40,594 nt of DNA. It comes from Octopus sinensis. Lineage: Eukaryota. The stretch covers positions 1 to 40,594 of the forward strand of contig NW_021835345.1 of assembly GCF_006345805.1 (NCBI RefSeq), given 5' to 3'. A program made the position numbers and the translations under genes. Under the pieces are notes generated by a model. It was not told the origin of the DNA. It was given only the letters and a program-made list of their open reading frames with translations, and searched no databases. Within the stretch, counting starts at the first letter, position 1. Every line of letters begins with the position of its first letter. This document shows positions 1 through 11,342 of the stretch, piece by piece.

Positions 1-244
1 TCGCAGAATTAATATGTTCACAGAGAACGTGCTCCGTACTACGGCAAACGTGGTTACGATAGCGAACTAACACAGTAATCCAAAACGAACTGTCAACGCT
101 GTCATCTGATCGCTGTCAACCCGACTTATTTATTTTATTGGAATGCGTTTGCCTAATTTTAGTCACGTGGGGGGTGGTCAGAACCCTTCTACCACAATTT
201 CTAAATATGTTAAGTATAACTACACTATATGTACATTCAAAATT

Positions 245-627
245 GTGGCAGAATCGTTAGGACGCCGGGCGAAATGCTTTGCGGTATTTTGTCTACGGTT
301 ACGTTCTGAGTTCAAATTTCGACTTTGCCTTTCATCCTTTCGTGGTCGATTAAATAAGTACCAGTTACGCGCTGGGTTCGATAGAATCGACTCAATCCGT
401 TTGTTTGTCCTTGTTTGTCCTCTCTGTGTTTAGCCCCTTGTTGGTAGTAAAGAAATAGGTATTTCGTCTGCCGTTACGTTCTGAGTTCAAATTCCGCCGA
501 GGTCGATTTTGCCTTTCATCCTTTCGGGGTCGATAAATTAAGTACCAGTTGCATACAGGGATCGATCTAATTGACTGGCCTCTTCCCCAAAAATTCGCGC
601 CTCGTGCCTAGAGTAGAAAAGAATATT
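245..627 (+). mobile_element. tRNA-derived SINE family B (Meta-like core), composite dimer: head-core-tailA then core-tailB
   Basis: A-box-like TGGCAGAATCG, B-box GAGTTCAAAT, core GAGGTCGACTTTGCCTTTCATCCTTTCGGGGTCGATAAATTAAGTACCAG present twice; junction AGTAAAGAAATAGGTATTTCGTC; same family recurs at 8470, 13250-13882, 23675, 36779, 37165. The Meta-domain label is recalled, not verified. Confidence 0.85.
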
Positions 628-697
628 GTGTAACTGATACGTTGCATGCGTATCATTACATCCAATGAATATTCCCGACTGATGCACATGTACTTTA

Positions 698-1102
698 GGC
701 GCAGGCGTGGCTGGGTAGAAAGAAGATTGCTTCCAAACAACATGGTTCTGGGTTCAGTCCCACTGTGTGTCACCTTGGGTAAGTGTCTTCCACTATTGCC
801 TCGTCCGACCAAGGCTTTGTGAGTTGGTTTTGTAGACGGAAACTGAAAGAAGCCCGCTGTATATATGTATATATCTGTGTGTGTGTGTGTCTTTGTGTTT
901 GTGTTTACCCCCACCCCTTACCTCATGCCCTCAAACACAGTTTGTGTCCCCGTAACCTAGCAGTTCGGCAAAAGAGACCGATAGAATAAATAACAGGTTT
1001 TTCGAAAAAGCACTGTGGTTAAATCATTCGAGTAAAAATTCTTTAAGGGGTTGCCCCAGCGTGGCCGCAGTTTAATGGCAGTAACAGGCAAAAGATGAAA
1101 GG
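698..1102 (+). mobile_element. tRNA-derived SINE family A (CORE-like, internal TA/TG microsatellite), near full length
   Basis: GGCGCAGGCGTGGCTG head, GGTTCAGTCCC B-box, CACCTTGGGTAAGTGTCTT CORE-like motif, GTTCGGCAAAAGAGACCGATAGAATAA and CCCCAGCGTGGCCGCAGT tail; more than 15 related pieces in the window. Confidence 0.85.
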
Positions 1103-1124
1103 TATGTGTGTGTGTGTATGTGTG

Positions 1125-1178
<54 letters not shown>
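1103..1178. repeat. (TG)n microsatellite
   Basis: Direct reading. Confidence 0.95.
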
Positions 1179-1406
1179 AAGAAAAAGTTTGAGAATGCAT
1201 TCTTAACTATCACTGGTCATCGACTGGACTTCGTGAAATTGTTCACCGAGGTCATCAACCGGTGAAGCTTCAAAGACATTGTTAACCTTTCCCTTGTAGA
1301 AAGAAATATATGATATTCTACTCAAGCCTATTGAGTGATCGTTCAGTTCGACTGTTTTATATATGTACATAAGTAAATACATACATCCATACATACATAC
1401 ATAAAC

Positions 1407-1441
<35 letters not shown>

Positions 1442-1779
1442 TATGTATACATATATGAAAATACACATATACACACACATTTAGAATATAGTGTAAAAGC
1501 TCCGAAAATATTTATAAACAAGTAATTTTAGCGATGTACTTTGGAGTAAATAGAAATGAAATAATGGCTTACGACATTGGGTTCAAAGCCGTGGACGGAG
1601 AAAGATGGAGTCTTGCTTTGTATTATTCAATAACTTTCTAACTCAACGTACGATGAATTATTGCTTATAGATGTAATCATTCGAGATACTCCATTAGATG
1701 AGTTATATATTCACACACACACACACACACACATACACACACACACACGTACGCACAACACACACACACACACATCCAT

Positions 1780-2229
1780 CTGCAGTGACTCTATCCAGAT
1801 TACAAGTTCAGGTTTATGCCTGTAATTATTGCGGCCCTGGGATATGTAGCAAACTGGCTAAATACCGATCTTGAGAAATTAACCTTCTCAAAACCAGAAA
1901 AGAGAAAGCTAATTCCAAGACTACAGATCCAATCCATCACTAGAACTGTAAACATCTGTAAAACTTTCCAGAAGTTTATCATTTAAATATATATGAGCAT
2001 CCCTAGATATGTAACTATATATATGAGAATACATACATAAAACATACAAATCTGCACGTACATCCATCCATCCATACATGCATACATACAAACAAAAATA
2101 CTTTGTTGATATTGAAATTCCAATGAAGGAGCCTTGGATCTAGGTTCGAAACCGATTCTTTCACTCTATTGGCAAGAAATCTTGAAATAAACTGAATAAC
2201 ATACATACATACATACATACATACATACA

Positions 2230-2257
<28 letters not shown>
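1780..2257 (+). mobile_element. 3'-terminal fragment of an RLE-type (R4/Dong-like) non-LTR retrotransposon with 3'UTR and (ATAC)n tail
   Basis: Frame 1780-1986 reads LQ*LYPDYKFRFMPVIIAALGYVANWLNTDLEKLTFSKPEKRKLIPRLQIQSITRTVNICKTFQKFII*, matching the PVIxGALG...LQ...GT..I C-terminus of restriction-like-endonuclease LINEs; flanked by (CA)n upstream and (ATAC)n downstream. Confidence 0.55.
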
Positions 2258-2260
<3 letters not shown>

Positions 2261-2873
2261 TCATATGCACATACAGTGTGATACTCGAAGATATTGGATC
2301 GAACTATACAAAACGACAGAAAGTAAAACAAAAGCGCAAACTAAATCATAGAAATAATTTATGGACTTTTTTCAAAACCGCCAACAATCATCCACATAAG
2401 CAGATATACCTGTGTAAATAAGAGCCAAAGTTTACGGAAGAGGAAACAAGTTTTTAGGAATTTTTATATCAATAACGGCACGGATATTGTCAACAACGGG
2501 GACTCTATTATCAGCTTAAACAACAGCTGTAGGCTATTACTTTATCTTTCAAAGAAATTGGTGTTGTCCAATCAATGAAAGTGTTTGACCAGCTGTCATA
2601 CAATTCACGCCAATTCTTCCAGTTTTCTGTCTTTCAATTTTCGGTAAATGTAAATCCCATTCAGCATCCGATTCCTGTATTCTAATCTACTAATGTAATG
2701 CAAAGTAACGCAGTGTGTCCATGTAATATAACGTTAGTGTGTAGCCGTAAGAGTATATATATATATATATATATATACAAATATATATGTGCGTTTCGTT
2801 GTTTGATAATGTATGTGCGTTTCTATGTGCTGTGCTCTGTGTATGTGTGTATGTGTGTGTATCTATGTATGTA

Positions 2874-2917
<44 letters not shown>

Positions 2918-3301
2918 TTACTGCTATGTGTTTTGTGTTTTGTGTCTTGTGTGATATTTTTGTTTTGGCTTTCTACAGCTTATATGTCATGTGAAATTTA
3001 AGCGTATCTTTATATGATTGCGTGATTATAGATTTGTGTGTGCAAATGTTCGTATAGTGTACTTATTAAGGTATGTGCATGTATGTGGTGTGTGTGTGTG
3101 TGTGTATGTTTGTGTGTGCGTGTGTATATATAGAGAGAAGGATAAATGGATAGATAGATATATATATATAGACACGCATATGCATATGTGAACATTGATA
3201 ATGCATATATTTATACATACATACATATATATATCCTTGCATATATATGTATATATGTGTATATACATATTTATTTTGATATATATATATGTGTGTGTGT
3301 G

Positions 3302-3615
3302 TGGAGGCGCAATGGCCCAGTGGTTAGGGCAGCGGACTCGCGGTTGTAGGATCGCGGTTTCGATTCCCAGACAGGACGTTGTGAGCGTCTATTGAGCGAA
3401 AACACCTTAAGCTCCACGGGGCTCCGGCAGGGCGTGGTGGCGATCCCTGCTGTGCTATTTCGCCACAACTTTCTCTCAATCTTTCTTCTGTTGGCTTGCT
3501 CGCTTAGTCAGCAGAGTGGCGTCATTTGAAGGCTAAAAACAATGCGAAGCGCATTCTGGCCAGCGATGTGTAGCAACATCTGATAGCCTGGTCGGTCACG
3601 GTGATCACGGTGATA
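3302..3615 (+). mobile_element. tRNA-derived SINE family C, full length
   Basis: GGAGGCGCAATGGCCCAGTGG A-box, GGTTTCGATTCC B-box, TTGAGCGAAAACACCT CORE-like segment, tail AAGCGCATT...CATCTGATAGCCTGGTCGGTCACGGTGATCACGGTGAT; a second diverged 3' piece at about 4175-4278. Confidence 0.75.
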
Positions 3616-3619
3616 GATA

Positions 3620-3673
3620 TTATCTATCTATATATATATATATTATATATATATATATATATATAATATATAT

Positions 3674-3728
<55 letters not shown>

Positions 3729-3869
3729 ACATACATGATATATGTATATGATATATATATAGACACATATACCTATATATACACAAATATAGACACATAT
3801 GCATATATATGCTCATACACACATACATGATAGATAGATAGGTACAGAAAGATAGATAGATAGATAGAT

Positions 3870-3910
<41 letters not shown>

Positions 3911-3958
3911 CAGGTAGGTAGGTAGGTAGGTAGGGAGATAGATAGATAGGTAGGTATG

Positions 3959-4008
<50 letters not shown>

Positions 4009-4092
4009 TATAGATAGATAGATATAGATAGATAGATAGATAGATAGACAGGTAGGTAGGTAGGTAGGGAGATAGATAGATAGGTAGGTATG

Positions 4093-4174
<82 letters not shown>

Positions 4175-4175
4175 T
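3620..4175. repeat. Compound (TA)n / (GATA)n array with a higher-order duplicated block
   Basis: GACAGGTAGGTAGG...GGGAGATAGATAGATAGGTAGGTATGTAG occurs at about 3909 and about 4047. Confidence 0.9.
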
Positions 4176-4287
4176 TGCCGGCCAGCGGGTTTGTATCACT
4201 CGAAAACTAAAATGATACAAAGCGCATTGTGACTGATGATGTATAACAGCATCTGATAGTCTGGTCGATTATGTGATGTATATATAT

Positions 4288-4516
4288 GACTGCCGCCATG
4301 CCAGAGCGCCGCATTAAAGAGTTTTAGTGGAAGAAATCGAGCCCAGGAATTATTCTTTGTAAGCCTAGTACAAATTGCTTAGTTTCGGGGACATAAACAC
4401 ACCACCATCGGTTGTCAAGCGATGGACAAACACAGATACAAATATACACGTACATAAGTACATATATATATACACGATGGGCTTCTTCGCAATTTCCGTC
4501 TACCAAACCTAATCAC
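4288..4516 (-). mobile_element. SINE family A, diverged partial copy
   Basis: Reverse complement of the family A middle and 3' part (CATCGGTTGTCAAGCGATGG, TTTCCGTCTACCAAA). Confidence 0.75.
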
Positions 4517-5083
4517 GCGGCACACACAATATATACATACATACGCTATGTGTATGTATGTATACATAAGTGTGTGTACGTGCGTGCGTGTGGATGGATG
4601 GATGGATGGAAATATAGCAAATCTCCAAACCACAGACGCGGGTTTGACCTATATTATTTTTACAGAAAAGCCACCTGTGGGACGTACACTACGAATCAGC
4701 CCTGATGACAAGAGCCCAAGCTGCATACGTACAAAATCAGATCAGTCGCAGAAGGGAGAGAGGCAGCAAACAACTGACCAAGCTATCAACGCCATGTGGT
4801 TCTCCGAAGAACTTAGCACACAACGGATAACCACCATCTGTAGCCAAACGGCTGGATCTACAAAAACAAAAACCTGGATAAACCACAAAAGAAGGCCCAA
4901 AATCCTAGGTTTGAAACGGTCTTTCTTAAACTGCCCTCTTCTACGTCAGGACAACTGCAGCTGGGCAGCACTGAATCCTTGTCATCGCAAACTACGGATT
5001 GCTCGTTGTGTTTGTATGTGTGTGTGTTTGTATGTGTGTGTGTTTGTATGTGTGTGTGTTTGTATGTGTGTGTGTGTGTATTG

Positions 5084-5325
5084 TTCTTTTATTCTTTTAC
5101 TTGTTTTAGTCATGGCGCTGCGGCCATGCTGGAGCACTGCCTTAAAGGATTTTAGTCGAAGATATCTGACCACCAGGACTTATTCTTTGCAAGCCTAGTA
5201 CTTATTCTATCCGTCTTTTTTGCCGAAACGCTAGGTTACGGGGACGTAAGCACACCAACATCGGTTGTCAAGCGATGGTAGGGAGGACAAACACAGACAC
5301 AAAGATATACACACATAAATACATC
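5084..5325 (-). mobile_element. SINE family A, 3' half
   Basis: TTCTTTTATTCTTTTACTTGTTTTAGTCAT...GCGGCCATGCTGGAGCAC...CGGTTGTCAAGCGATGG. Confidence 0.85.
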
Positions 5326-5684
5326 TTAGAAACACTTGACAACAGCGAAACTGTAATTGCGTTGGAGCAATCCTTTAGTAATCCAACAAACAAGATCATT
5401 GAATGGCGTCGAGGGCAATGCTTACTTACTATGGCTATCTGCCCTTTAATTAGGGGAATCAGAATATGATTAATATTGCAGTGAAAATTAGATTTGTGGT
5501 CCTTAAGGATGACGCAGGTGAGCTACATGTTGAGGAAATCCATGGCGTAGCTAGCTCCATCCCTTTCATACATTGCCTCATTCCCGGCTGGAATGTTAGT
5601 TTTCTGTGTGTTCTGATAATGTTGTTAGATTGGAACTTGATTTTACTTGCGAAACACAGCGTAGTGTATAATATATCATATATA

Positions 5685-5717
<33 letters not shown>

Positions 5718-5763
5718 GTCCATGTATATACACTAGCTTACATCATATATATATATACGTATG

Positions 5764-5839
<76 letters not shown>

Positions 5840-6123
5840 AATTAGATAGATAGGCAAATCTGTATGTATATAAATATATAAATGCATATACATGCAAACG
5901 CAAACTTTATATACATATATAGATGTACATACAAAAATACATACATATATACATACATACATGTGTGTGTGTGTGTGCGCGCACATATATACATCAGACG
6001 TCATGATAGATCTAAGGTACAAGAGGTGGTCAGAATTTGCATAAGGAGCAAACAACCACCACCGCCATACATATTGTGTAATGTGTGTATGTTATATGGT
6101 GTATATATATATATATTATATAT

Positions 6124-6155
<32 letters not shown>

Positions 6156-6210
6156 ATATATTCAAACACACACACACACACATATATATATGTGGGTATA
6201 GATAGATATG

Positions 6211-6250
<40 letters not shown>

Positions 6251-7325
6251 ATTTCCTGTACATGCGTGCGCATCATTACATTAAGTCAAAGCGTTTTAAT
6301 TGACTTGATGCGCGTCATCTTGTGTATAGATATATGTATGAACATGTTTATAAATGTTTGTGTGACTTTATGGCTATGCGTAGATGACTCTGGGTGTGTG
6401 TGGCGGTTATAGTAGGCATCTTCCTCGGATGATAGCGTCTAGACATTCCTTCACCACCTCATTAAATTTCTAAGGCTACTTTTGAAAAAGATCCGCAGGT
6501 TAGAAGTGCATAACGCAGATCGATAATAGAAAAATAATTTGGCTAACGTTTCTCGCAAAAGGGTTTAAAATGGACGCTGATGTTTATTGAGTCCACGCAT
6601 GCGGAAAACGGAGAAGGGCTCCGGAATTATGTGGAGACTTCTTCAGACTAATGTCACATGCGGTCAGCTTTGCCGACGTAAGGGCGGACTGCCTATTTCA
6701 GAAATCAGTCGCGCCTGGTTCCAAGATATTTAACTATTTAAGCATTATCTCTATTTTTTTCTTTTTTTTTTAATGGCGGCTTTGTTTAACCATGCGAAAT
6801 TAAAAATGTATAGGAATTAAGGTTTCTCCTGTACAGAATCCGGAGAACAGCCATGTGATATGGTGCACGATGGGAAAGAATTTTTAAATATTGAAGCTTA
6901 GATTTATGGGAATGAGACGTGGAGGTCGCTCGGAATATAATTCGCGATAATATTGATAATATTTAAATGGCAAATATTCAGCGATGGAAATGGTTATACT
7001 TATTGGCTCTTTTTTTCACTTTTTACTTTGCAAATGGGAATAATTTATCACTGAGGATTAATATATATCTTAAGTAGGCGGACACATACACATACAACAC
7101 ACAATACACATACACACATATATATGTGTGTGTGTATGTATATATATATGTATATGTATATATATATTTATATATATATATATGTCTATATGTATAAGCA
7201 TGTATGAATATGTATGTGTATGTATATATATATATAGTTGTGTATATATATATATGTATGTATGTATACGTATATGTACGTTGAATATGTTTGTGTATGT
7301 GTATATGTGTATCTATATGTATGTA

Positions 7326-7369
<44 letters not shown>

Positions 7370-7370
7370 A

Positions 7371-7407
<37 letters not shown>

Positions 7408-7414
7408 ATATATA

Positions 7415-8945
7415 TATAAAATAATATGTTACATTACTCGATAGTCAGGCAAACTCTGAGTTAGTTTCAGATGCCGAAGTGGGAATCCACGACATCTCTT
7501 CGGTTATCTGGCTATTTGAAAACGCTATGAAAAAATACCGTTATACAAAGGGAAATTACTGTGTTATAACTCTGCTTGCCTGCGTACTTATACATCGCTC
7601 GCATTTTTCGCCATAAAAATTATATAAAAACACATAAAAAATATATAAAAAATATATAAAAATATACATAAAATATATGATAGAAGGTGTGATGAGGTAA
7701 AAAAACCTTCTTGGGACATAACATAGAATGCATGTTCTATCTGTTTTCTTTAGGGGACCAAAAACGTAACAGAAATTTAGTCACGTGTGGGCATGATCCG
7801 AAAAGCTCTGTCCTTGTGTTTAGACATGTAGTAGGGTCTAAGCTGCTTTTCCAGATAAGCCATCTCTCCATGTCGCATAGCCCGCACCTTTCGCTCCCGT
7901 TGGTATAGGGCTTACATCTGGCCAAATTCTTCCAATATATGTTATAATCGACACCTTTATCTCTTAAAGACCAAATATGATTAGATAATTGTGTCGCTTT
8001 TCTTTTGTTCCAGTGCCTAAAGCTCAAAGTGTGGTTATTGAACCTGGCCTTGAAGTTACCCTCTGTAAGGCCCAGTATTTCTTCGTTGAAACGGTGTCTT
8101 TGTGGTTTAGATAGAGTACGGGTCTTAGCTTCATATATGATGGTCTTGGAATGCAAGCTCCATTTAGCGGGCACAATTTTTTATTCCTGCATGAACAGCT
8201 GTTTTCTTGTTGTGTTTTTTGTATGTTATGTTTGATTATGTTTTTAAAATTGGTAGTCGAACTAAAACTAATTTTTAAATTATGTCTATTGAAGAGTTTC
8301 CTATAAGTATGGTTAACTGGAAAATGTCTATCTATCAGTGCTAGGAAATACTTACCTATATTGAAGGCCACCTCGGGTGAGTGAGGGGTCGTAAACCAGA
8401 TGACCTTCCTATTTCTATTAATCCTTTTCCTTACTGTTGGGCTAGTAATGGGTGTATATTTTATTTTTTAAGGCGGCGAGCTGGCAGAAACGTTAGCACG
8501 CCGGGCGAAATGCGTAGCCGTATTTCGTCTGCCGTTACGTTCTGAGTTCAAATTCCGCCGAGGTTGACTTTGCCTTTCATCCTTTCGGGGTCGATAAATT
8601 AAGTACCAGTTGCGCACTGGGGTCGATGTAATCGACTTAATCCCTTTGTGTGTCCTTGTTTGTCCTCTCTGTGTTTAGCCCCTTGTGGGTAGTAAAGAAA
8701 TATATATTTTATTTTTTCGCTAAAACCACTATCTTTTAAAGCCTTATTATAAACTGGGGCAACGCTATTGAAGATGTCCTTATCAGAGGAGAGGCTAGAA
8801 ATCCTCTTACTAATATTTTTAACTAAATTTTTGAATACTATAGGGGGATGGCATGAACCTACATTAATATCACTTAGTCTATCATTGGGCTTCCTGTAAG
8901 GCTTATAAATATTCTTATTAAGATCTAAGGAAACGTCTAAATGGG
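7415..8945 (-). mobile_element. Penelope-like element, 5'-truncated: RT thumb, Cys-rich linker, GIY-YIG endonuclease and 3'UTR
   Basis: Minus frame from about 8944: LDVSLDLNKNIYKPYRKPNDRLSDINVGSCHPPIVFKNLVKNISKRISSLSSDKDIFNSVAPVYNKALKDSGFSEKIKY, continuing after SINE removal as TPITSPTVRKRINRNRKVIWFTTPHSPEVAFNIGKYFLALIDRHFP...CSCRNKKLCPLNGAC; after frameshift(s) IIYEA...GLTEGNFKARFNNHTLSF...RCGLCDME...LNTRTELFGSCPH; stop at 7737. Confidence 0.92.
8470..8702 (+). mobile_element. SINE family B monomer (tail A) nested in the PLE, 15-bp TSD
   Basis: Full head GGCGGCGAGCTGGCAGAAACG to AGTAAAGAAATA; TSD TATATTTTATTTTTT at 8455-8469 and 8703-8717. Confidence 0.95.
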
Positions 8946-9311
8946 ACTAAATTTCTGTTACGTTTTTGGTCCCCTAAAGGAAACAGATAGAACATGCTTT
9001 CTATGTTATGTCCCAAGAAGGTTTTTTTTACCTCATCACACCTTCTATCATATATTTTATGTATATTTTTATATATTTTTTATATATTTTTTATGTATTT
9101 TTATATAATTTTTATGGCGAAGAATGCGAGCAATGTATAAGTACGCAGGCAAGCAGAGTTATAACACAGTAATTTCCCTTTGTATAACGGTATTTTTTCA
9201 TAGCGTTTTCAAATAGCCAGATAACCGAAGAGATGTCGTGGATTCCCACTTCGGCATCTGAAACTCAGAGTTTTGTCTTGACTATCGAGTAATGTAACAT
9301 ATTATTTTATA
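8945..9311 (+). repeat. Inverted copy of the PLE 3' end (pseudo-LTR); pairs with 7415-7782
   Basis: About 367 bp reverse-complement match with a handful of substitutions and small indels; both 3' ends point outward. Confidence 0.95.
9219..9278 (+). ncRNA. Variant minimal type I hammerhead-like fold in the PLE 3' end (second copy on minus at about 7445-7507)
   Basis: Stem I AGATAA/TTGTCT, core CCGAAGA (U4C), stem II GATGTCG/CGGCATC, extra T, GAAA, near-palindromic stem III CTC-A-GAG, UU triplet end. Confidence 0.45.
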
Positions 9312-10380
9312 GATAAATTTCCTCTATTTACATAATATTGAGGTCTCTTTCTTTCTTTTGTTATCTTACCGTTTTAAACCAATTATATATATATATATAT
9401 ATAAATATATAATTGCAGCGGGAAGGTGTTTGTAAGCCATTTAAGAAACACACAAAAGCCGTTCGATTCACTTCAAAATTTAAGTTTAATTTGTCAAAAT
9501 ATTTTTGTCGCCTTAAGACCGCGGCTTGTTCACTGCCAAAGATCCGTGCTGCATCTGAGAAAGTAACAGTTAGTTCGTTATATATATGTACGTATGTATG
9601 TGTGTATGTGTGTATGTATGTATGCACGCATGTATGCATGCATGTATGTATGTACGTACGCCTGTGTGTATGTATGTATGTATGTATGTATGTATGTATG
9701 TATGTATGTATGTATGTATGTATGTATGTATGTATGTGTGTGTATATGCACGCACATACACACTATAAACTTAAAGCTATAAACCTGTAGTGATGGATAG
9801 ATGTAGACTGACCACTCATCACAACAATATCAAATTTCAACCTCACCCGCCGAAAGTAGGAAGTGATTTACGACCCTCACCCCCAAGACAAAACTCTAAA
9901 ATCTATTATCAGTCACTTATCTCTATATCACAAAACTTTTGTTTTACTATTACTTACTTTTTATTTATTTATTATTATTAATATTGTTCCCCTTTTCTCC
10001 CTTACATCTAGTTAGTTCAGGTTATATATATATATACGTATGTATGTGTGTATGTATGTATGTATGTGTGAACATGTACGAGCGTATGTGCGTGTGTAAG
10101 CCCATACGCAGGTGTGTATGTATGTACATATGTGTTACATATGTATGTGAGTATCTAAGAGAATGGGCAGACGCGTCTGTGTGTGTGTGTACATGTGTAA
10201 GTGCATGTGAACGTATGTCCGTGTACTGGTATGTGTCCAGTTCCAGTACCAGTACACGGACATACATGTGTGTTTCTTAAATGGCTTACAAACACCTTCC
10301 ACGCTGCAATTGTTTTCGTTTCAGCACACGATCTCAGATCAAATCACTTGCTATGCAAGTACATCTCCGTATATATGTAT

Positions 10381-10445
<65 letters not shown>

Positions 10446-10462
10446 CATGCATGCATATAACC

Positions 10463-11039
10463 TATAAAATAAGGGCAAAAAAAATTTTAATGCCAAATGT
10501 GCCGAAAAAAAAGACAAAATTGTCAATAACCATTATAATTTATGTGTCTCGAAGCATGCCGACAGAAATTTCTAAAAAATTCCGTTATTACCGCATTGGT
10601 CCCAATTTCGGGGTTAATTCATAAAAATTTTCCCCTCGTCAGCGATAAATACGTAAGACATAAATGAAATACTTGCTCATACCCATGGAAAAAGCAAGCA
10701 CTAAGTCCTGAGCAGACCTAAGTACCCCAAATATATCCAAATAGAAAATCTTCGGCACATCTCGAGACACGTGTGATTCGATCTAGAAACTTTCACAAAG
10801 TGAGGGAATCCGGAAGTGAACACTATTAAATTTATAACTAATGTAGGATAAAATTTTTTTCGAAAAAATTTTTTATCAATGGCCAGCATATCAAAAAATA
10901 CCTTTAAAGGCTAAATTTATAAACACCTTATAAAATAAGGGCAATAGAAAAAATCTAATGCCAAATGTGCCGAAAAAAAGATAAAATTGTCAATAACCAT
11001 TATAATTTATGTGTCTCGAAACATGCCGACAGAAATTTC
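10463..11039 (-). mobile_element. 466-bp-period partial tandem (1.24 units), PLE pseudo-LTR or retrozyme-like element
   Basis: 110-bp direct repeats at 10463-10572 and 10929-11039 with few differences; the unique middle carries a type I hammerhead fold on the minus strand; the minus-strand 3' end runs into a (TA)n array. Confidence 0.65.
10588..10648 (-). ncRNA. Type I hammerhead ribozyme fold (cleavage triplet AUG, probably inactive in this copy)
   Basis: Minus strand: TTATCG-CTGACGA-GGGG(18 nt)CCCC-GAAA-TTGG-GA-CCAA-T-G-CGGTAA; canonical core and all three stems pair. Confidence 0.75.
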
Positions 11040-11210
11040 GCTTGACAACTAATGTTGTTGTGTTTACGTTCCTGTATACTAGCGGTTTGGCAAAAGAGAC
11101 CGAGGTTTTCTAGGTTTCAGGTCGATTCTTTCGACTAATAAAGTTGGTGCTACAGCATGGCCGCAGTCTAATGACTGAAACAAGTAAAAGAATAAAAGAA
11201 TATAAATTTG
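11037..11210 (+). mobile_element. SINE family A, 3' part
   Basis: CGCTTGACAAC...GGCAAAAGAGACCGA...CAGCATGGCCGCAGTCTAATGACTGAAACAAGTAAAAGAATAAAAGAATA. Confidence 0.8.
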
Positions 11211-11215
11211 TAAGC

Positions 11216-11248
<33 letters not shown>

Positions 11249-11307
11249 TGTAAAGAGAGATATGCACACACACACACACACACACATATATATACATACA
11301 CACACAC

Positions 11308-11342
<35 letters not shown>

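Noticed and set aside
2113-2163. Hammerhead-like CCAATGA-AG-GAGCCT/AGGTTC-GAAAC in the RLE fragment 3'UTR
   Set aside because: Two core changes including G5, two extra nucleotides and an out-of-register stem I.
4695-4745. CTGATGA motif
   Set aside because: No stem II closed before a GAAA.
4548-5198. 216-aa ORF
   Set aside because: Stitched from microsatellites, an unrecognised middle and a SINE tail.
5482-5517. 36-nt symmetric exon candidate (KIRFVVLKDDA, CAG|GTGAGC)
   Set aside because: Weak acceptor, no recognisable homology and no partner exons.
6540-6720. CpG-rich unique stretch with GGGCGG as a promoter
   Set aside because: CpG is not depleted elsewhere in the window, so the enrichment is uninformative without chromatin data.
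6837-6901. Strong acceptor TTTCTCCTGTACAG followed by SGEQPCDMVHDGKEFLNIEA*
   Set aside because: Isolated signal with no recognisable protein.
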